A stretch of 46,430 nucleotides of DNA from Candidatus Methanomethylophilaceae archaeon (GCA_944320495.1 CALUHR010000010.1:1-46430); one strand, 5' to 3'. Numbered from the stretch's first letter, positions 9,375 through 19,877 are shown. The notes: a model not told the origin generated them from the letters alone. A program made the numbers and translations.

Positions 9375-10609
9375 CTCAGGACCCCCTCCGCCATGCGGAA
9401 AGAACCGGTCACCAGGACGTTGTCGTCCCCTCTGCCGTCCAGCGCGGCCTCCATGGCCTCGCCTATGGTCCGGAACACGCCGTCCACCCTGCCATGCCTG
9501 CGCACGGTCTCTGCCAGATCCCCGCAGGGGAGCGCCCTGGGCGAATCGGGCTGGGTGACGTATATCGCGGAGCACATGGGGGCCAGCTCGGACACGACGC
9601 CATCGGCGTCCTTGTCGTTCAGCATGCCGATCACGAGCACGACGCTGCCGTAGATCTCCTCTATGTCGGAGCGAAGGCAGCGGGCACCGTCCACCGTGTG
9701 CGTCACATCGACGATCACCGGATCGGCCAAGAGCTTCTGCATCCTGCAGGGCCATGCCACCGTGGCAAGGCCGTCGGCCACATGAGGCGCGATGCGCCCC
9801 TCGTAATCCGAGAGCAGCCTGACACCCTCCATCGCCAGCGCGGCGTTCCTCGCCTGGAACCTGCCCGGCAGACCGACCTCGAAGAGTTCGCCGTTGTACT
9901 CCATCATCACCGACGCGGGACCGTTGGAGACGATGTCCACATCATCGGCTGCGATGCGCCTAATCGGGCATCCGACCTCGGCGGCATGCCTCTCGAGAAC
10001 GGAGAAAACCTCGTCGCCGTTCATCGTGACGCAGGGCACTCCGGGCTTCATGATGCCTGCCTTCTCCGACGCTATCTCACCGATGGTGCTGCCCAGGAAG
10101 GCGATGTGCTCCATGCCGATGTTGTTGATGACAGTGACCTCGGGGGATATGACGTTGGTCGAGTCCAGACGCCCGCCCATGCCCACCTCCATCACAGCCA
10201 TCTCCGCGCCCACCGTGCGGAAGAAGACGAGGGCGGCGGCGGTGAGGACCTCGAAGCTTGTGCACTCGACGCCCTCGCCCCTCATGGCCTCAGCGGCCTC
10301 CCTCACGACGCCCATGACCTGCTCCAGGTCCCTCTCGTCGATGTCGGAGCCGCAGAACCTGATGCATTCAGTGATGCTGAGGATCTCCGGAGACGTGAAG
10401 GCGCCTACGGCGAATCCGGACTCCCTAAGGATGGATTCGATCATGGCGCTCACAGAGCCCTTTCCGTCGGTCCCGGCCACATGGACGAACCTGATGCCGT
10501 CCTGAGGTCTGCCGAGGCGCTCCAGCAGTTCCTCCTCGGTCTCGAGGCCGAGCCTGATCCCCCTCTTCGACAATCCGCCGTACCAAAGCATGTTCGGCCC
10601 TAGAGACAT
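9350..10609 (-). CDS. folC: Folylpolyglutamate synthase/dihydrofolate synthase family (Mur-ligase fold)
   Basis: HVAGTDGKGS, EVGMGGRLDSTN, EKAGIMK, WPCRMQ, LVTGSF. First CGA at 9350-9352; standard stop at 9284. Confidence 0.88.
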
Positions 10610-10663
10610 GTTCCCTCCCGCGCCATTACGGCTTTACATAAATGCGTGACGCCATCAGGGGTC

Positions 10664-11530
10664 ATGCACGGGGTGTTCGTCTCCAGCGCGTACCTTCGCG
10701 GACGCAAGTTCGAGGAGCCCTGGGAGATGCTCAGGGACGCCTGCTCCAGGAGAGGCGTGGAACTGCGGAGGATGAGCAACTCCGAACTGGCGGTCCCCGT
10801 GGGGGATCCCGATCTGAAGAGGAGACTCGACGATCCAGATTTCGTGCTGTTCTGGGACAAGGACACCGTCTGCGCGGCGAACCTGGAGATGTGCGGGATG
10901 AGGGTGTTCAATCCCTCCGAGTGCATCCGCGTGTGCGACGACAAGGCCTTGACGCACCTGGCACTTGCTCGCAGGAGGATTCCGTCCATAGAGACTGTTG
11001 TGTGCCCCATGTCCTACGGTGAATGCGACGACCCCGACTTCGTATCGAGTGTGACTACGATCGTCGGATTCCCCATGGTCGCCAAAGACCGCTTCGGGTC
11101 CTTCGGCCAGCAGGTCCGGATGGTCTCGGATGAAAACGAATTGATGTGTCTGATATCCGGGCCGTACGTCCCCAGGATCCTGCAGCCGTACATCGAGTGC
11201 GGCGGCCACGACGTGAGGGTGGAGGTGGTCGGCGGGAGGCCGATAGCGGCCATGTCCAGGACCGCCCCTCCGGGAGACTTCAGATCCAACGCGTCCATCG
11301 GCGGGACCCTGGCCCGCCATGAGCCGGACAGCGAGGAATCCGAACTCGCCATCCGCGCCTGCGAGGCGGTGGGAGCGGATTTCGCCGGCGTGGACATAAT
11401 CCGCACTTCGAACGGGCCTGTGGTCTGTGAGGTGAACTCCAACGCCCACATCCGGAACCTTCTGGACTGCACCGGGATCAACGCGGCGGACGCCATCGTC
11501 GACCATGTTATATCGGAGGTGCGCGGACGA
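10664..11530 (+). CDS. RimK-family ATP-grasp ligase 1
   Basis: CDDKALTHLAL, FGSFGQQV, DFRSNASIGG, GVDI, EVNSNA. Domain ends HVISEVRG, then CGA at 11528-11530. Standard stop at 11680. Confidence 0.88.
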
Positions 11531-12309
11531 GGACCTGCTGGATCGTCTACGACCGCCGGGACCTGGTTAAGAACACGTTCTTCGCCGAGAGGCTGGCCGG
11601 ACACGGGCGCGACCTCGGGATGGACGTCAGGGCCGTCACGACGGACGACGTGCCTCCGGGGGCCCCGGACTGCGCGGTGAACCGCAGCAGGGACTGGGAG
11701 TTGGCGGAGAGGCTGGAATCCATGGGAACGGTGGTCTTCAACAACTCCGGGACCTGCCGGATCTGCAACGACAAGCTCCTCACATACGAGCTCGCCGACG
11801 AACTCGGCATCCCGCACATGCCCGTATCCGTCCTCGGGAGGCCCCTGCCCCCAGGACCACCCTGGGTGGTCAAATCCCGCGGCGGACACGGCGGCACCGA
11901 GGTCATGCTCGCCCGCGACGAGGGGGAGGTCGCCGACATCGTCGGCAGGATCCCGTCGCCGATCATCCAGTCCATGGCCGAACCAGGCCGCGACATGCGC
12001 GCATACGCTCTCGGCGACCAGATAATAGGATGCGCCGTGCGCACAAGCAGGAACGATTTCCGCGCCAACCGCTCGCTCGGAGGGAACGCGGAGATGTGCG
12101 AGCCGCCAGATGGTGTGGGGGAGTTCGTGGAGAAGGTCTGCCGCCGCCTCGGTTCTGACCTCGTCGGCGTTGACTTTGTCTTCCAGGACGAAAGGCCGTT
12201 ATTGAATGAGATAGAGGACGCGGTGGGATGCAGGATGCTGTACTCGCTGACAGACCTGGATCCCGCCCGCCTCCTCATGGAAAGGGTTCACTCGAAGATG
12301 TCGCGGTAA
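11527..12309 (+). CDS. RimK-family ATP-grasp ligase 2 (apparent ACG start)
   Basis: CNDKLLTY, KSRGGHGGTEV, DFRANRSLGG, GVDF, NEIED. The coding frame extends back to ACG-AGG-ACC-TGC-TGG at 11527; first ATG is at 11620. Confidence 0.82.
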   Translation, partial: TRTCWIVYDRRDLVKNTFFAERLAGHGRDLGMDVRAVTTDDVPPGAPDCAVNRSRDWELAERLESMGTVVFNNSGTCRICNDKLLTYELADELGIPHMPVSVLGRPLPPGPPWVVKSRGGHGGTEVMLARDEGEVADIVGRIPSPIIQSMAEPGRDMRAYALGDQIIGCAVRTSRNDFRANRSLGGNAEMCEPPDGVGEFVEKVCRRLGSDLVGVDFVFQDERPLLNEIEDAVGCRMLYSLTDLDPARLLMERVHSKMSR

Positions 12310-13082
12310 ATCGAATCGACGAGCTCCGGATATGTCATGCCCTTGCTCTTGGCGACGGCCCTGACCAGGTCCATCGTGCCGGAACCGTACTGGGCGGCCT
12401 TCTTCCTCTTGTCGGCGATGAACGGATAGCCGAGGTCCCTGGCGATCTCCCTGAGGAGCATCTTCCTGGAGTCGGCGTCCTTCGGCTTGAGGTCCTCGAG
12501 GTCCATGGCGTTGACCTGCATGGTCACGAGGGAGTCCATGTACGGGTAGAAGATCTTCTTCCCGAAGTGGTCGGCGACCTTGGTCTCGTGCGGGATCGTG
12601 GAGGTTATGAGCTTGCCGAGGTCCGACTTCCTCATGCGGACCAGCTCGTCATCGGGGAGGCCGACGTACTTGTTGTACCCGTAGAACAGCTCGTCGGAGC
12701 CCTGTCCGCCGATGATGTACTTCTCGTGGACAGTCCTACAGACGAAAAACATGGGCAGCTCGAACGAGAGCGTGAGCGGGGACGAGGTGCCGGTGATAGT
12801 TATCATCTCCCTCAGCCTCGCCTCGATGTTGTCCTCGGTGATGGGTATGTGCAGCCAGGGCAGGCCGAGCTGCTCCGACATCTCCTGAGCCATGACGACG
12901 TCGTAGGACTGGTCCCTGCCGGACGTGTACAGGGTGACGGACCTGGCGTAGTCCTTGGAGATCGCGGCGACGAGACCCGAATCGAGTCCCCCCGAGAACG
13001 CTACGGCTATGTCCTGGTCCTCTACCTCGCTCCTGATGGCGGACACGATGGCCCTCTCCAGATTCTCGAACTCTTCAGACAT
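12288..13082 (-). CDS. Asparagine-synthetase-like protein, synthase domain only
   Basis: AFSGGLDS PP-loop, GQGSDELFYGY, RKKAAQYGSG. No N-terminal glutaminase domain. Confidence 0.85.
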   Translation of the reverse strand: MSEEFENLERAIVSAIRSEVEDQDIAVAFSGGLDSGLVAAISKDYARSVTLYTSGRDQSYDVVMAQEMSEQLGLPWLHIPITEDNIEARLREMITITGTSSPLTLSFELPMFFVCRTVHEKYIIGGQGSDELFYGYNKYVGLPDDELVRMRKSDLGKLITSTIPHETKVADHFGKKIFYPYMDSLVTMQVNAMDLEDLKPKDADSRKMLLREIARDLGYPFIADKRKKAAQYGSGTMDLVRAVAKSKGMTYPELVDSIYRDIFE

Positions 13083-13229
13083 CGGAGGTTGGTATCGACC
13101 CCCCGCTTTTAAGCTGTATGGCCTGGTGTCCCGATGGGTGCATGCGGGCCTGCCTGGAAACGGGCGTGCGCGTTCAGCGCACACGAATCCGATGTAAAAT
13201 GTTAATACTCCGACCCCGATTGGCACGGC

Positions 13230-13670
13230 ATGGACGGAGTGACGCGCATCGGCGTCTCGTTGGAGCCGGAGCTGCTCAAACAGTTCGACGAATCGATCTC
13301 CAAGAAGGGCTATGTCAGCAGGTCGGAGGCGATCAGGGACCTGGTCCGCGACTCCCTGGCCGAGTCAGAGTGGAAGAACGACGACGAATGGATGGTAGGC
13401 ACCATCGTCATGGTCTACGACCACACCGTCACCTCCGTGGGCGACAAGCTCACCGACATCCAGCACGACCATCAGGGTATGGTCAACACCTCTGTCCATG
13501 TGCACCTGGACCACGACAAGTGCATGGAGATCCTCATCTGCGAGGGGAAGCTCAGAGACCTGAAGAGGTTCTCCGACGAGATAACCTCGATAAAGGGCGT
13601 CCTGCGCGGCAGGCTCACCATGGCCGCGCCCAGCACCGGCAACCTCCACCACGTCGGCCACAGGAACCGA
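13230..13670 (+). CDS. nikR: Nickel-responsive regulator NikR
   Basis: RIGVSL RHH strand, SRSEAIRDL, YDH and HVHLDHDKCME Ni ligands. 146 aa to CGA at 13668-13670; the standard stop at 13922 would give 230 aa. Confidence 0.93.
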
Positions 13671-14210
13671 TCCGTCCTCCAGGCCGTCCACTCCCACGAC
13701 GGCGGCGCTTATCCTGCCGTCGTCCATGCCGAACAGCGATCCCAGGAATCCCGCCGACTCCGGCGACGGGTAGAATATCCAAGGATCCACGCCGGCCGGA
13801 ACGTCCATGTCCAGCCTGGTGGCCCTCATGACCATGCTGGCATCATGTGCGCCAACCCGGTCCGGGAACACCACGAAGTTGTCCGAGAGCCAGAACAGGC
13901 CCTCGATCGCCCTGTAACGTGATTGCAGCGCTAGCGGCACATCGTGACCGATCACGACGCCGCGGTCGTCCACCAACTCCATGCTTATCTCCGATGGTCT
14001 GGAGAACGTCCCGTCGCAGAACAGGACGAACGCGTCCCCCTTGGATGCGCACGTCGCAATCCCCGGGTTCTCGATGCGGATTCCGCAGGAACCGCGAACG
14101 ACCGACGCCTCTATGTCCATCACCCTCTCCAGCACATCACGGGGGATCGGCTCGGCGCGTATGGTCCCGCCCAGCCGCGTCAGCCTGTCGGCGAACTCGC
14201 TCGGAATCAT
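13587..14210 (-). CDS. Hypothetical protein convergent with nikR
   Basis: Coding-like codon usage over about 180 aa. The 3' end is uncertain: first CGA at 13587-13589, standard stop at 13365. Confidence 0.6.
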
Positions 14211-14337
14211 TGGATGGATGATACCTCCGTAGTATAAAATACGTCAGATTCCCCCGAACCACCGGGATCGGGACGATCTCCGGGGCGGCCGCGCAGACGG
14301 CAATGCTTAAATCGGCCTCATCAGTCATACAGCATCG

Positions 14338-16728
14338 ATGAAGAAGCTGATAATCACCGAGAAGGCGAATGCGGCCCGCAGGATCTCGACGATCCTCTCG
14401 GACGGCAAGTCCAGGTCCTCCACATCAGGAGGCGTCACGGTGATTTCCTTCGAGGCCGGAGGGGACGAGTACGACGTAGTCTCCCTGCGCGGCCACATCA
14501 TAGAATTGGATTATCCGGAGGAGTACAACGACTGGAGCGCCACCAACCCGGCGGACCTCGTCCACGCGCCCCAGGTCAAGACCGTGAAGGTCAAGTCCAT
14601 CCTCAACACGATCAGGGACCTCGCGTCCAAGGCCGACGAGATCGTCATCGCGACCGACTACGACCGCGAGGGAGAGCTCATCGGCATGGAGACCATCAAG
14701 GAGATCGGCACCGACCTCTCCAGGGTCAGGAGGGCCAAGTTCAGCGCCCTCACCAAGGGGGAGGTCGAAGCTGCCTTCGCGGACCTCACCGAACCGAACG
14801 AGAGACTTGCGGACGCCGCCGAGGCCAGGCAGATCATCGACCTGTCCTGGGGCGCTGTCCTCACCAGGCTCATATCGCTATCGTCCGGACAGGTCGGCAG
14901 GAACTTCATGTCCGTCGGCAGGGTCCAGAGCCCCACGCTCAAGCTGCTCGTCGACAGGCACGAGGAGATCGAGAGCTTCGTCCCGAAGCCCTACTGGGAC
15001 ATCATCGGGAAGTTCGGCATGCTCGCCTTCAAGGGGGAGCACTCCGGGAACCCGTTCTGGGACAGGGACGAGGCCGACGCCATACTCGCCGTCGTCGAGA
15101 ACGCCAAGTTCGGAACGGTAGCCACCTACGAGGTGGAGACCAAGGAGGAGTACAGGCCCGCCCCCTTCGACACCACGCAGATGCAGGTCGAGGCGAACAA
15201 GATCGGGATCCCCCCGACCACCGCGATGAAGCTCGCGGAGGACCTCTACACCGGCGGATACATCTCGTACCCCCGTACGGAGAACACCGAGTACCCCAAG
15301 AGCCTCTCGCTGCGCTCGGTCCTGGAGAAGCTGAAAGAGGGTTCGTTCAAATCCGAGGCAGAGGAGATCCTCGCCCAGGAGAAGATCGTCCCGTCCCGCG
15401 GGAAGAGGAGGACCACCGACCACCCGCCCATATACCCGACGGCCGGGGCGTCCCCGGAGAAGATGAAGGGCGACAAGTGGAAGCTCTACGAGCTCATCGT
15501 CAGGAGGTTCCTGGCGACCGTAGCCCCCAACGCGGAAGCGGAGGTCACCAAGTGCACCCTCGACGTCATGGGCGAGTCGTTCTCCGCCGAGGGATACGTA
15601 CTCAAGAAGAAGGGCTGGAAGAAGTACTACGGGAAGTACCTCAAGGCCAACGACGCCCGCCTGCCCCCGATGAAGGTCGGGGACGAGATCGAGATAAGGT
15701 CCATGACCCTCGTCGAGTCGGCAACCAAGCCCCCCTACAGATACAACCAGGGATCGCTCATCCAGGAGATGGACAGGCTCCAGCTCGGTACCAAGTCCAC
15801 CAGGCACGACATCATCGGCAAGCTGTACTCCAGGAACTACGTACAGGGCAACTACATGATCCCGACCCCCAGCGGCATAGCGCTCACCAAGGCGCTGGAG
15901 AACCACGGAGGGGGCATCACCGAGCCGGACATGACCGCGAAGCTCGAGGCGGACATGATCAGCATCAGCGAGGGCGACAGGACCCTCGACTCCGTCGTGA
16001 AGGAGTCACAGGACATGCTCTACAGCGTGGCCCTGAGGATCTCCGAGGACTCGGAGGAGATCGGCAACGAGATCAAGGCCGCCCTCCACTCCCAGCAGCA
16101 CATCGGCATATGCCCCACCTGCGGGAACAACCTCTCCATCAAGCGCTCCAAGAACGGGAACTTCATCGGATGCGACGGGTACCCGGAATGCAAGCGCGCA
16201 TACCCCATGCCCAGGGGCGCCCTCGTGCAGACCACCGACACCGTCTGCCCCGTGTGCGGACTGCCCCAGTTGAGGATCATCAGGAAGGGCATGCCCCCGT
16301 CGGTTCAGTGCATCGACCCGAAGTGCACCAGCAACACGGAGAAGAACGACCTCGGACCATGCCCCACCTGCGGGAACGGCAGGATCAGGGTCATGTACTC
16401 CAAGGCCGGCAAGCGCTTCGCAGGATGCTCCGAGTGGCCGGCGTGCACCCAGACCTACCCGCTCAGACCCAGAGGCAGCATCGCCTACTCCGGAAGGCAG
16501 TGCTCCATCTGCAAGGCGCCGATCGTGGTCCTCGGCAACTCCGAGGAGTGCATCAACCCCGACTGCCCCGGACGCAAGAAGTCCAAGGCTACATCCGAGG
16601 AAGGCGAGCAGGCAGAGGTCCCGTCGAAGGAGGCGAAGCCCGCGGCCAAGAGGAAGACGGCCACCGTCCGCAAGCCCACCAAGTCCAAGGCGGCGAAGAA
16701 GAAGACGGAGCCGTCCGAGACGGAGTGA
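14338..16728 (+). CDS. topA: DNA topoisomerase I (type IA) with C-terminal Zn ribbons and basic tail
   Basis: IITEK, LRGHI, IATDYDREGE, GRVQSPTL, GYISYPRTE, plus several CxxC ribbons. Confidence 0.97.
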   Translation: MKKLIITEKANAARRISTILSDGKSRSSTSGGVTVISFEAGGDEYDVVSLRGHIIELDYPEEYNDWSATNPADLVHAPQVKTVKVKSILNTIRDLASKADEIVIATDYDREGELIGMETIKEIGTDLSRVRRAKFSALTKGEVEAAFADLTEPNERLADAAEARQIIDLSWGAVLTRLISLSSGQVGRNFMSVGRVQSPTLKLLVDRHEEIESFVPKPYWDIIGKFGMLAFKGEHSGNPFWDRDEADAILAVVENAKFGTVATYEVETKEEYRPAPFDTTQMQVEANKIGIPPTTAMKLAEDLYTGGYISYPRTENTEYPKSLSLRSVLEKLKEGSFKSEAEEILAQEKIVPSRGKRRTTDHPPIYPTAGASPEKMKGDKWKLYELIVRRFLATVAPNAEAEVTKCTLDVMGESFSAEGYVLKKKGWKKYYGKYLKANDARLPPMKVGDEIEIRSMTLVESATKPPYRYNQGSLIQEMDRLQLGTKSTRHDIIGKLYSRNYVQGNYMIPTPSGIALTKALENHGGGITEPDMTAKLEADMISISEGDRTLDSVVKESQDMLYSVALRISEDSEEIGNEIKAALHSQQHIGICPTCGNNLSIKRSKNGNFIGCDGYPECKRAYPMPRGALVQTTDTVCPVCGLPQLRIIRKGMPPSVQCIDPKCTSNTEKNDLGPCPTCGNGRIRVMYSKAGKRFAGCSEWPACTQTYPLRPRGSIAYSGRQCSICKAPIVVLGNSEECINPDCPGRKKSKATSEEGEQAEVPSKEAKPAAKRKTATVRKPTKSKAAKKKTEPSETE

Positions 16729-16819
16729 TCCGACCTTCCGAGAAGGGATCCCTCGAGGGGGAGAAGGGTGTTACGAATAGATTGATTCGTAATATTTCTG
16801 TGATGCTTCAAATAATGGA

Positions 16820-17005
16820 TCGGAGAAGGAGCCCATCGGGTTCCTCGATGCCGTTGAAGTGATCGTTCATGGCATCGATCTCGCGAGAGATCCTTGCATT
16901 CCGGCAAGTGGAACATTCGAGCTCTTTGCCGAGGCCGAGCCTGAGACGCATCTCCGCGCGGTCGAGGACGACGATCCTCCCGCACTCGCAGTAGACGCTC
17001 ATCAT
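16820..17005 (-). CDS. Small Zn-binding hypothetical protein
   Basis: MMSVYCECG...LECSTCRNARI. First CGA at 16820-16822; standard TGA at 16808. Confidence 0.6.
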
Positions 17006-17382
17006 CGATGACTCTGCGATCGTATCCAGCGGTCTCAGATAACCGCGGCGCGGAAGATAGCTACCGCTGTACGAATCTTCTGTTGCCTTCAATCCTCTCC
17101 CCCGAGATTAAGCTGTTCTACGGACGCATACCATCCATCCGTCGGCATCCGTAGTCGCATTCATCCTCTAACCAGAGTCCGCATATAAGCCTTCCGAGAC
17201 GGTCCGACACGTCAAGGATTAACGCCGTGAAAAATGTCGATTCCGCAGTGGAAACATAGGTTTCCCGAAGAACAATCTTTAAATATGTAAGATACACGCC
17301 GTCAGCTGCCCCCAGAACGGGGAATTGGACGTTTTTTGATATTGGATACACCTCCCGGCGCACTGGCCGGGAGGCCGCCCCA

Positions 17383-18651
17383 TCAGAGGCGGAACTTGGA
17401 GATGCCGGGGAAGACGGCACGGGAGCCGAGGTCCTCCTCGATCCTCAGGAGCCTGTTGTACTTCGCCGTGCGCTCGCCGCGGGCGGGGGCCCCGGTCTTG
17501 ATCTCGCCGCTGCCCCATCCGACGGACAGGTCGGCGATGGTCGTGTCCTCGGACTCTCCGGACCTGTGGGAGACGACCACGTTGTAACCGTTGGCGAAGC
17601 TCATCGCCGCGGCCTCGCCGGCCTCGGTGACGGTCCCGATCTGGTTGACCTTCAGAAGGAGGGCGTTGGCCGCTCCTGCCTCGATTCCGCGGCTGAGGCG
17701 CTTGCTGTTGGTGACGAACAGGTCATCGCCGACGATCTGCACCTTGCTGCCGATCTTCCTGGTGAGCTCGGCGGTGGTCTCGAAGTCGTCCTCGAAGAAC
17801 GGGTCCTCGATGCTGATCAGAGGGTGGTCGTTGACGAGGGAGACGTAGTGGTCAGCGAGCTCCCCAGCGGAGAGGTCCATACCGTCCACGTTGTACACGC
17901 CGTCCTTGAAGAACTCGGAGGAGGCGGCGTCTATCGCCAGGAACACGTCCTTTCCGGGCGTGTAGCCGGCGTCGGACACGGCATCGGTGATGGTGGTGAG
18001 CGCCTCGTCCACGGTGTCCACCGGGGGCGCGAACCCGCCCTCGTCGCCGATGTTGATGGCGCCGACCCCGTACCTCTCCTTGAGGATGCCCTTGAGACTG
18101 GCATAGACCTCGGCGGACATGCGGAGGCAGTCGGAGAACGTCTTCGCTCCGGCAGGGATGATCATGCACTCCTGGACCCTCAGGTTGCCGCCGGCGTGCT
18201 TCCCGCCGTTGATGATGTTGAGCATTGGCACGGGGAGCGTGACGTGGTCCTTCCCGATGTGCTCGTAGATGGGCACGCCCTCGGCCATGGCCCCGGCCCT
18301 GACGGCCGCCAGGGAGACGGCCACCATGGCGTTTCCGCCGAGATTGGATTTGTTCTCTGTGCCGTCGAGCTCGATCATGACGCGGTCGATGGCCTCCTGG
18401 TCCGAGGGGTCCATGCCCTCGAGGGCCTTGGCGATGGGGCCGCGGACGTTCTCCACGGCCTTCATGACCCCTTTGCCCTTGTACCTGGACTTGTCGCCGT
18501 CCCTGAGCTCCAGGGCCTCCCAGGTGCCGGTGGACGCGCCGGACGGCGCGATGGCGGTGATCCTGTGTCCCTTGACGGTCAGCTCGGCCTCCACCGTGGG
18601 GTTGCCCCTGGAGTCGAGTACCTCCCTTGCCCAGACCTTCTCTATCTTCAT
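17383..18651 (-). CDS. eno: Enolase
   Basis: REVLDSRGNPTVE, APSGASTG, GDEGGF, LLKVNQIG and SHRSGES motifs. Confidence 0.98.
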   Translation of the reverse strand: MKIEKVWAREVLDSRGNPTVEAELTVKGHRITAIAPSGASTGTWEALELRDGDKSRYKGKGVMKAVENVRGPIAKALEGMDPSDQEAIDRVMIELDGTENKSNLGGNAMVAVSLAAVRAGAMAEGVPIYEHIGKDHVTLPVPMLNIINGGKHAGGNLRVQECMIIPAGAKTFSDCLRMSAEVYASLKGILKERYGVGAINIGDEGGFAPPVDTVDEALTTITDAVSDAGYTPGKDVFLAIDAASSEFFKDGVYNVDGMDLSAGELADHYVSLVNDHPLISIEDPFFEDDFETTAELTRKIGSKVQIVGDDLFVTNSKRLSRGIEAGAANALLLKVNQIGTVTEAGEAAAMSFANGYNVVVSHRSGESEDTTIADLSVGWGSGEIKTGAPARGERTAKYNRLLRIEEDLGSRAVFPGISKFRL

Positions 18652-19586
18652 CGTTGTTCCTCCTTGTATTCGATCATGCTGTGAAGGAAAATGTTGCGGT
18701 CCTTGTCGGTAAGCCCTCCGGCGTCAACCGAGACCCCGAAGGTGCACATCTTGGACCTGCCCGACATGAGCTGGTGGAGCATCAGCAGGGACTGGTTCAG
18801 CCCGTCCGCCTCCATCAGGTCCCCGAATGTGTCGAAGACGATGACGGGCCTGGCGTGCGAGTCTATGAACCCGCGTATGCTGGACATGAGCGTCCCGATC
18901 TCCTGGATGCCCAGGGATCCGCCCTTGCCGTTCCCGGAGAGGGAGAGCACCTCCATGTTGCTGTAGGTGAACCTCTCCTTGATGGCCTTCGCCCTGCCGG
19001 TCGTGACTATCATCACATCGTACCAGTCCGGGTCGAAGAGTCCCATGAACCTGTAGATGGCGTCCGGATACTCCTCGAATATGACGTAGGAGCTTCCGAA
19101 GGACACCCCGCGGCTGTCGGGCGAGTCCGAGGACGGCTGGATCCTCTCGCGCTTGTCGCGGCGGAAGAGACGACGCTTGCCGTCCTTCCTCTCCTTGCGC
19201 TTCTTTGTTCCGCGCTCCTCCGCGACCTCCAGGCTCTCGCCCTGGATGCGCTTCACCGCGTCCACCACATCGGACGACTTGAACGGCTTGTCGATGCTTA
19301 CGCGGATGAACGGGTTGTCCGTTGGGACTATGTCCCCGGATCCCTTGAGAAGGACGACGCGCATGGCCTGCGGGGTGATCGAAGGATCCATCTGCGCCAG
19401 GACATGGAGACCGTCCTCGCCACCGACCCTGGAGTCCAGGAAGAGGACCTCCGGGAGGAAGGCCGTCATCTTCTCGACCGCCTCGGAGACCGTGCTGGCG
19501 GTGCGGACCGTGTGGCCCTCCCCAGCCAGGATATCCCTTATGATCTCCCTGATGGCTGCGTTGTCGTCGACTATGAGGATCTTCAT
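18651..19586 (-). CDS. Response regulator: receiver domain plus DUF835-like C-terminal domain
   Basis: KILIVDD, phospho-Asp in LFLD, IDKPF, then an alpha/beta output domain. Ends CAA-CGA-TGA overlapping the eno ATG. Confidence 0.8.
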
Positions 19587-19680
19587 ATCGGGCCCCGATG
19601 CCCCATCGGCTTGGACGATATTAGAGTGTCGTCAGCCCCCCAGGGCGCACGGCCATAGCTTACGCTGGATTTCCATTGAC

Positions 19681-19696
19681 CGGCCCGTGAGGGCCG
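19681..19696. terminator. Hairpin next to a U-tract downstream of rpl40e
   Basis: CGGCCC-GTGA-GGGCCG. TTTTTT on the minus strand at 19700-19706. Confidence 0.45.
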
Positions 19697-19727
19697 TAAG
19701 AAAAAACAGTCCGGCGCGAGCGCGGAA

Positions 19728-19877
19728 TCACTGCTTCCTGCTCTCTTTCGCCTTGGGCCTGAGATCGGCGCTTCCGCACTTCCTGCACCTGGCCGCCTTC
19801 TTGGAGTTGGTGGCGTAGCAGTTCATGCAGACGGTCTTGTCGAGGAGCCTGTGCTCTGCCTCTTTGAAGCGTGCCAT
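19728..19877 (-). CDS. rpl40e: 50S ribosomal protein L40e
   Basis: [49 protein letters not shown] (49 aa). Below the ORF-track cutoff. Confidence 0.95.
   Translation of the reverse strand: MARFKEAEHRLLDKTVCMNCYATNSKKAARCRKCGSADLRPKAKESRKQ

Noticed and set aside
9350-12309. Split cyanophycin synthetase or graspetide/lasso-peptide cluster
   Set aside because: The Mur-fold gene has clear FolC motifs and is divergently transcribed. I saw no cyanophycinase, precursor peptide or leader peptidase.
13190-13212. NikR operator upstream of nikR (GTAAAATGTTAATAC)
   Set aside because: It is only a weak GTA/TAC symmetry, with spacing unlike characterised NikR sites.
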